64,000 nucleotides of DNA from Eledone cirrhosa. Its lineage: Eukaryota. A model generated the notes under the pieces. The model did no database searches and had not been told where the DNA came from. It saw nothing but the letters and a program-made list of their open reading frames with translations. Below, piece by piece: positions 55,787 through 64,000 of the stretch (the first letter of the stretch is position 1; each line of letters starts with the position of its first letter). The DNA lies in contig OZ024752.1 in the NCBI GenBank assembly GCA_964016885.1, forward strand, positions 8,618,001-8,682,000, in the 5' to 3' direction. Made by a program: the position numbers and the translations under genes.

Positions 55787-56572
55787 ACTAGCCAAATTAC
55801 CCGCGCCTTGCTGCGTTTCACACATTTTTCTTGTAAGAAAATGATGATTGATTTAAAATCAGTGATATAATTTAGTGAGAAAAACTCCATTAGGGTGTCT
55901 TAATATTATTGAAATTTGCTGAAAGTTTGTGAATGGGCATCATATCTTGTCATTTACCTATGGTTTAAATTTCATATAAATCGAAGGGAAAACCTTTTCA
56001 GCAGGGGTTTGTGCCCCTGGGGAACCCTTTGATTAAAATTAAATATACTTATCCAAGTAATGTAGTTTCAGAATATATATGGTTATGGGGGTCTATCTCA
56101 AAAACCATAGGAGGAGTTCATGAACAAACAAACAAACAGGAACTACAACTTTATATATATTCTTGTTACAACACATCTTGTTCCATTTATTGGCCATAGA
56201 CCCCCATAATCATATATATTCTGAAACTACATTGCCCAGGGTACTTGGATAAGTATATTTCATTTTAATCAAAGGGTTCCCGGGGGCACAAACCCCCGCT
56301 AAAACATTTTCCCCATCGATTTATATGAAATTTAAACTTTTGGAAGCCCATAACTTGAGTATTGGAACCTCTATTATCACGGGGTTCTTCTATTAATTAA
56401 ACGTAAATCAACAAAAAAAAAGCACCTCTATTTTATAGTAAAATTTGGCTAATTTAGACATTTTATCTATGGCAAAACATCACTAGAATTATGACAACAA
56501 AAATCAACAAAATCATTATTTTCTTACCAAAAAAATGTGTGAAACGCAACAAGGCTCGGGTAATTCGGCTAG

Positions 56573-56575
<3 letters not shown>
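55787..56575. mobile_element. Two oppositely oriented Helentron/DINE-like non-autonomous elements forming a long inverted repeat
   Basis: TACTAGCCAAATTACCCG start, (ACAA)n plus CTTTATATATAT end at about 56160; reverse copy ends CGGGTAATTCGGCTAGTA. Confidence 0.6.
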
Positions 56576-56613
<38 letters not shown>

Positions 56614-56672
56614 GTTGATTTAAAACTGCACTATCCACAAGTGTTTTTTAACCTTCATATCATGTCTTCCTG

Positions 56673-56739
56673 TTTTATCTGATGAAAACACAAATATTAT
56701 TGCATGATGATACTTGTTTTTGAAATGCGCATAATAAAA
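56673..56739 (+). ncRNA. Canonical hammerhead ribozyme
   Basis: ttttat-CTGATGA-aaacacaa..ttgttttt-GAAA-tgcgca-TA-ataaaa. Confidence 0.75.
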
Positions 56740-56769
56740 TACATGGAACTCTTTTAACCATCTTTTGTT

Positions 56770-56806
<37 letters not shown>

Positions 56807-56899
56807 TAAAAAAACGAAAAATCAGTGATGCATCTGGACTCAGTTTATTGCGTGTTACAATTGTTTCTCGTGAGAAAATTTGCTCCGAAAGAATTGCAT

Positions 56900-56988
56900 G
56901 TGTCCGAAGGAACCTGTAGCCGTAGAATCAGCCAGATCCATACAGTGATCATGTCTCGAGCTACTTGCCGGCGAAACAATTGTAACAC
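56900..56988 (+). ncRNA. Hammerhead-like motif, core CCGAAGG, extended stem II
   Basis: gtgt-CCGAAGG-(62 nt)-GAAAC-aatt-GTA-acac; homologue of 59726-59813. Confidence 0.5.
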
Positions 56989-57120
56989 GCAATAAACTGA
57001 GTCCAGATGCATCACTGATTTTTCGTTTTTTTATACTATCCACACTCTGCTCTGTAAGAATATTGAGTGCTAATTTTGGCATACCGCCTATGGAAGCACC
57101 ATAGCTACCATTATACACAC

Positions 57121-57159
<39 letters not shown>

Positions 57160-57377
57160 AAGGTTAAACAAGGTTCAATAAATAAATCAAAGAATGAGTT
57201 TTACAATAGATTGGAAGCACTCAACAGACATGGTTTTCCTGAGTTAATAATATTAATTCAAAATATTAACAAAATAGATATTCTTGTGATCAAGTATATT
57301 TTATTATACATATTTCAATATGACTGAATGACTGAATCTTAACCATCTACTATGTCAGGGTATGTCATACATCATCT

Positions 57378-57444
57378 TATTTTATCTGATGAGGACGTAC
57401 TGTTGAAGTTAACTCAGTACCTCTGAAATATGTATAATAAAATA
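57378..57444 (+). ncRNA. Canonical hammerhead ribozyme
   Basis: tattttat-CTGATGA-ggacgtactg..cagtacctct-GAAA-tatgta-TA-ataaaata. Confidence 0.8.
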
Positions 57445-57546
57445 TACTTGATCACAAGAATATCTATTTTGTTAATATTTTGAATTAATATATATATATA
57501 CTCAATGATATTAAATAAATGGAAACTATATTTATAAAACCATATT

Positions 57547-57608
57547 TATTCTATTATATATATTTCAAGGGTACCAAAAACTTTGCTACGCTTTCATCAG
57601 ATAAAATA
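57547..57608 (-). ncRNA. Canonical hammerhead ribozyme
   Basis: tattttat-CTGATGA-aag.gta.caaa..tttg.tac.ctt-GAAA-tatata-TA-atagaata. Confidence 0.75.
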
Positions 57609-58029
57609 CAAAGTGTGTTTTATAAATTTTGACATACCCAAGGAACATACCGGGCAAACATACATATTTGTTGAATTACCAACAAATTGAATATCCCTTC
57701 TGCTTATATATTATGTATATATTATGTATATATTATGTATATATTATATATATAATATATATATTATATATATATGCTATATATATTAAGTATATATTAT
57801 GTATATATTATATATATATAATATATATAATATATATTATATATATATATGTTATATATATATATTATGTATACGTTATGTATATATTATATATATATAA
57901 TATATATATTATATATATTATGTATATTTTAAATATATATTATATATAATATATATAAAATATATATATATATATATAAATTATATATATATAATATATA
58001 TATATATATAAAACCAAAGATTAATATGG

Positions 58030-58300
58030 TTCGTTGATATATATATATTATATATAATATTAAATACTCCAGGAAAATCACTTGTTGAGTGCTTCTAATC
58101 TATTGTTAAATTGTATTCGTTGAATAATCAACGAACCATATTAATCTTTGGTTATATATATATATATTATATAATATATATATATAACCAAAGATTAATA
58201 TGGTTCGTTGATTATTCAACGAATACAATTTAACAATAGATTAGAAGCACTCAACAAGGGATTTTCCTGGAGTATTTAATATTATATATAATATATATAT
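58030..58300. repeat. Palindrome centred on a TA tract (two opposed copies of an element end related to 57160-57255)
   Basis: AACCAAAGATTAATATGGTTCGTTG..AATAGATTAGAAGCACTCAACAAG and reverse complement. Confidence 0.85.
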
Positions 58301-58628
58301 ATCCTTGCATTTACATATGCTTGCATACATACATATGCACGCGCACATTACTTACACATGCACATATTTTTAAAGGTACGTGGCTTAGTGGTTAGAGTGT
58401 TGGGTTCACAATCGTGAGTTTGTGTTCGATTCCCGGACCGAACGGAGAGTTATATTTTCGATCAAGATACTTTATTTCACGTTGCTCCAGTGGAGACTGA
58501 TATGTATGGGTGACTGCTGGTCTTCCACAAACAGCCTTGCCCACACTTGTGCCTCGGAGGGTCCCTTTCTAGGTACAAATCCCATGGTCATTCGTGACCG
58601 AAGGGGGTCTTTACCATATGTATATATG

Positions 58629-58699
<71 letters not shown>

Positions 58700-58702
<3 letters not shown>

Positions 58703-59092
58703 TATGTACACATACATACATATATGTATACAGACGTACAGTAGTATGTATATATATATGCATACATGCACACATATATATATGTACGTATGGATTCACC
58801 GAACATTTATTATAATGCTCGGTGTGTTTGTAAACAAACATCCCGTATTAAGCCGTAGTGTCTAGCAACCATCGTTGCTCATTTGTTCAACACTGACAAA
58901 GGACAAATGAGCAACGATGGTTGCTAGGCACTACGGCTTAATACGGGATGTTTGTTTACAAACACAGCGAGCATTATAATAAATGTTCGGTGAATCCATA
59001 CGTACATATATATATGTGTGCATGTATGCATATATATATACATACTACTGTACGTCTGTATACATATATGTATGTACGTGTACATACTTATA
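58700..59092. repeat. ~190-bp-arm near-perfect fold-back flanked by (TA)n
   Basis: Apex CATTTGTTC..GGACAAATG near 58897. Confidence 0.9.
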
Positions 59093-59157
59093 TTTAAGTA
59101 ACAGCCGTACTAAGAGTGGGAAACGAAATTTCGTTTCATTTTTTCCGTTTATATATA

Positions 59158-59227
<70 letters not shown>

Positions 59228-59725
59228 TTGCGAGGTTTTTGATATGAAATCGTGTGTCGAAACAAATATTGTTATACTTGGGGAGGGTCATATTGTTGTA
59301 ATAATATTGGCCAGAAATAATAACAGAACACACTCACTGTTTGGTTGGTTTTTGTTTCTGTATCTCTAATATCAGTTAATTTATTCAGTCCTCAATGTTT
59401 ACCATTGACTGACCAACGGTCAAAAATATAGATATAATATAGACACAAACACATATATATAGTCTAACAAAGTTCTTTCGTTGCACATCTGCAACATCGA
59501 CTGTGTTTTGGTTATTGTATTCTATCTTAGTTTACTAGTGTGTGTTTATATGTGTTTGTTGTTATTGTGCTTGTGTATATTTATTTATTTATTTATATTT
59601 CTCTTAGGTCAGTATTGTTTGTTTGGGTGTTGTTGTTATTCCATTCATTTCTTCTGTTTAGCTTTGGCCTTCTAAGTTCTATTTGGCCTTCTAAGTTCTC
59701 TCAATATGTTACGAAATCATTAGAC

Positions 59726-59813
59726 GTGTCCGTCGAAACTGCGGGTCCAGAATCAGACAGATCCACACAATGATCACGTCTCGAGCTGTCCGCCGGCGAA
59801 ACAATTGTAACAC
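59726..59813 (+). ncRNA. Hammerhead-like motif with CCGUCGA core, extended stem II
   Basis: gtgt-CCGTCGA-(61 nt)-GAAAC-aatt-GTA-acac. Confidence 0.55.
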
Positions 59814-60032
59814 ACAATAAATTGAGTTCAGATGCATCATTGATTTTTCGTTTTCTATTATATCATACTCTGCTCTGTAAGAGCATAGAGTGCTCAACCA
59901 GCATACCGCCTATGGAAGCATTTTAGCTACCATCAGACACACATACACACACACACACATATATATATATAAAAGCAAGTATTGCACCAAGAAAAATAAA
60001 ACGTCGGTATGAAGAGATTATGGAACTTATTT

Positions 60033-60143
60033 GCTTTAACATATGTTTCTCTGTTTATTATAATTGTCTATATATGCTGACTACAGTATATATTGTTCAA
60101 TCATTTACAATACTTAATTATTTATTACACTTAATCAGAAAGC
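60033..60143 (-). ncRNA. Degenerate hammerhead (CTGATTA) with long stem II
   Basis: gcttt-CTGATTA-(~82 nt)-GAAAC-atat-GTT-aaagc. Confidence 0.5.
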
Positions 60144-60844
60144 CTATAATAATTGTTTCTACTTTTGGCACAAGGCCAGCAATTACCCAGTACATTACTG
60201 GTAGTTTATTTTATCGACCCCGTAAGGATGAAAGGCAAAGTTAACCTCGGCGGGATTTGAACACAGAATGGCAAGGGTCGTAACTCCATGCGTAGAATGG
60301 CAAGGTCGTAACTTAGAAAGCCGATAATAATGGAATTCAACTATATATATATACATATATTATATGTGTGATGCGTTGTGTTCTTGAGCAAGACACTTTA
60401 TTTCACGTTGCTCAAGTTCACTCAGCTGTAGAAATTAGTAGTGACGTCGCAGGTACGAAGCTGTATCGGCCATTGCCTTTTCCTTGGACAACACCGATGG
60501 CGTGGAGAAGGGCGACTGGTATGCTTGGGTAATTGCTGGTCTTCCATATACAATTCCTGCCTTAGAGAAGGACTTTCTAGGTGCAAAACCCATAGTGATT
60601 CGTGACCGAATAGGATCTTCACTTTACTTTATAAATCGTATCACCTACATATACACACGTGCTGGGAGGTGTATATGTTTCGTTTATATATACACAGTTA
60701 CGCACATGATACAATAAGGGAGACTGTAAGCTGGCATATGATTTGCAAGAAATAACCATCCAAACTCCCTCAAATCACGTCTATTTGTCTCACACACACA
60801 TACACGCCACACATTCATCTCATACACTTAAAACATACATAGCA

Positions 60845-61255
60845 TCATCCGGCGGCTTCAGCCGAGATGGATTCAACAATTGATCTCCACGTGGGTCTGC
60901 CGTTCATTGCTATTGCCCAGTCTTGGATTTCAATACCAGAATCTCTGGAGATGACATCGGGATAGGAGAGCTTGTACCCCCTGTTATTAGTGACTACTTG
61001 TGGTTTCCAAAGCACTAATGGGGACACAGCCTCATAGGTGGCACGATGGCAGTGGTCATTAAATCGGGATAGGAGAGCTTGCGCCCCCTGTTATTAGTGA
61101 CTGTTAGTGGTTTCCAAAGCACTAATGGGGACACAGCCTCATAGGTGGCACGATGGCAGTGGCCAGCAAATCTTACTCTCCTTTTACGTACAACGACAGA
61201 TATGCGTGGGAGGCCAGCATATATTTCTCTCAAAGTCAGATATCGCCAGCTTATG
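60845..61255 (-). mobile_element. RTE/RTEX-type LINE 3' fragment with internal duplication
   Basis: IYAGLPRISVVVRKRRVRFAGHCHR..LVLWKP..RGRKLSYPDVISRDSG..AM..R..WR. Confidence 0.75.
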
Positions 61256-62362
61256 TTCTGATAACATACATATACTCATCCATTTATGTACACACTCTCT
61301 TTTAATAACATGCACACATAGATATATACGTACTTACTTATACACATGTAAGCATTAAAATATACACACATGTGTATACATAGTTAAAGACATACACTCG
61401 CATAAGTTGATCAAGAATTGTACACACCATACTCATACACAATCACGTGAGAACACTCTTTAAGACTTACACACAATTACATATCTAGTTAAATATATAT
61501 GTTTATGGATCAGGGCCGGATTTAATAGGGGGGGGGGGCAAAGCGGGAAATTGCCCCAAACGCCCTGCAGTGAGGGGACCCCACTAGCTACGGCCAGAGA
61601 AATTTATTTGTGCCATCAGCTGAGCTTTTTAGTTCTAGAATTTTTGAATTCAATACCTGTATGTATTCTCTCTTTCTCTCTCACTCAGCCGTTGTGTCTC
61701 CTCCCTTTGTTTCCTCTACAGCTACTACAATGGTCTCTGCTCCTGAGAACATGCTACTACCATGCCACCTTCACTCAGACATTCCTGTCTCACTCATCTC
61801 TCGCCCTGTCACACCCATATTCTGTTTACTTGCCCCCTCCCAGACTCCGTATTAACATCTACGGCCAGTCCTCCATGCTCCCACTGAAGACCGAATTTAA
61901 TGGGGAAGGGGGAGAGAGGGTCAAAGGGGGGAAATTGCACCGGACCCCACTAGCGACGGACATAGCAATTTATTTGGGCCCTCAGCTGGGCCTTTTAGTT
62001 CTAGGATGGTTAGAATTTTTGAATGTAATACCTGTATGTATAACTTTTCAATTCCAGTTACTTGCACCAAGATAACTTTGATATGTAAAGTTGGAGGGTT
62101 TGCTGTGTATTCTAATTTTTCTTTTGTGTATGAAGGCCCCAAACCCCAAACCTGAAGTGCTCCGGGGTCCCCACGGTATAAGTCCAATCCTGATACAGAT
62201 ACGGCCAATTGGTTGAGTCCTTAGAACGTCTTTGAGGTGATACGGCTCTCTAGTCTCGGAGTTCCAATCTCGCAGAGGTCAACTCTGCTTTTTTTTCTCA
62301 TTTCCCCCGTTCCTTTCCCTCATCACTCATTACTTTCTATTTATCTTCTATTTCTAACTCTA

Positions 62363-62398
62363 TTTTCTGATGAAGGACTAGTCTCCGAAACGTTAAGA
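62363..62398 (+). ncRNA. Minimal hammerhead ribozyme (family H1)
   Basis: tttt-CTGATGA-agga(ctagtc)tcc-GAAAC-GTT-aaga. Confidence 0.7.
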
Positions 62399-62505
62399 CT
62401 CTCTTTCTGCTATTTCAAGCGTTAAACTAATATATTTCTTCCATGTACTGTGCCATTTTTTGTTATTTTTGTTATTTTGTTATTTTGTTATTTTTGTTAT
62501 TACTT

Positions 62506-62582
<77 letters not shown>

Positions 62583-62667
62583 GGATGTCCCCAAAATGTA
62601 CTTTGATTACCTGTACAGGCAACATTTATTAGAAATGCGCATACATTTGGGACAACCTATATATATA

Positions 62668-62720
<53 letters not shown>

Positions 62721-62789
62721 ATATGTATATATGTATATATATATAAATACGCACACACACATGCATACATAGATACACACACACATATA

Positions 62790-62828
<39 letters not shown>

Positions 62829-62987
62829 TCATACACACACACACACACATATATATGCATATATACATATATGTATATATATACATATATATATATACAT
62901 ATGTATATACATATATATACATATATATATATACATATATATATGTATGTATATATATGTATTTATACATATATATATATATGTATG

Positions 62988-63048
<61 letters not shown>

Positions 63049-63106
63049 ATATATATGTATATATATATGTATATATACATATATATGCATACATATATAC
63101 ATATAT

Positions 63107-63177
<71 letters not shown>

Positions 63178-63443
63178 TAGTTATTCAGGTTTTTAGCCTG
63201 TAGAGGCTCCAGTGTTGTCTCATAATTCAGTTCTGAGCAGCCATCTTTATCTGAGACAGATAACGAATAGAGAGGAAATCAGACATTTTAATTAAAAAAT
63301 CTTATGAAGAGACTAAGGAAAAAGATACGTTGGTATTACATATATATATATATACATACATATGTACATATGTACATATGAACATATGAGCATATATATA
63401 TATATACCTACATACATGCATATATATATGTGTGTATATGAAC

Positions 63444-63486
<43 letters not shown>

Positions 63487-63602
63487 TGTATATATATACG
63501 TACATACACATATATATACGTACATACACACATATATATATACGTACATATGTACATATGAACGTATATATACATATATTCATACATACGTGCATATATA
63601 TA

Positions 63603-63686
<84 letters not shown>

Positions 63687-64000
63687 CATACATACATACA
63701 TATGTACATATGTACATACATATATATGTACATATGTACATACATACATATATACATACATATATACATACATATATACATAAATATATATATATATGGT
63801 GGCTGCCAACTCGTTTTCGAGTACGGCCACTACTTTATATCCATGTAGGAGAACCCCTACCGATGCGCTGAACGAGTGTGACTTTTTAGTCCAGCCTGCG
63901 ACTTGAAAACTCTGGTACAAACACTACACTTGTGACAATTATTGACACATAGTGCTGGGCCCATGGTACTATGTGACGACAAGTGCAGAGAGATCTCCAG

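Overview
Repeat-dense, AT-rich eukaryotic genomic DNA (intronic or intergenic) with no host protein-coding exon I can support. The tRNA-SINE families and massive (TA)n/(CA)n/(GA)n content suggest an invertebrate, probably an octopod cephalopod (inference). Conventional content: two tRNA-derived SINE families in many copies; fragments of RTE, R4/Dong, L1/Tx1 and CRE non-LTR retrotransposons; a complete non-autonomous LTR element (16292-18642); Tc1/mariner, piggyBac, hAT and Helentron-like MITEs; and several minisatellites or satellites. The most notable signal is about 17 type-I hammerhead-ribozyme (HHR) motifs, on both strands, in short islands embedded in (TA)n tracts. These include U3-A8 compensatory cores, a recurrent non-canonical CCGUCGA core and branched, extended stem II domains. 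About 8 fold-back or inverted-repeat structures have their apex or breakpoint at the HHR stem II/GAAA junction. Together these look like a TA-targeting Penelope-like/retrozyme system whose cDNA snaps back at the ribozyme. A 6.4-kb 18/19-bp satellite appears to originate from the 5' truncation point of a CRE retrotransposon. All folds and alignments were done by eye.
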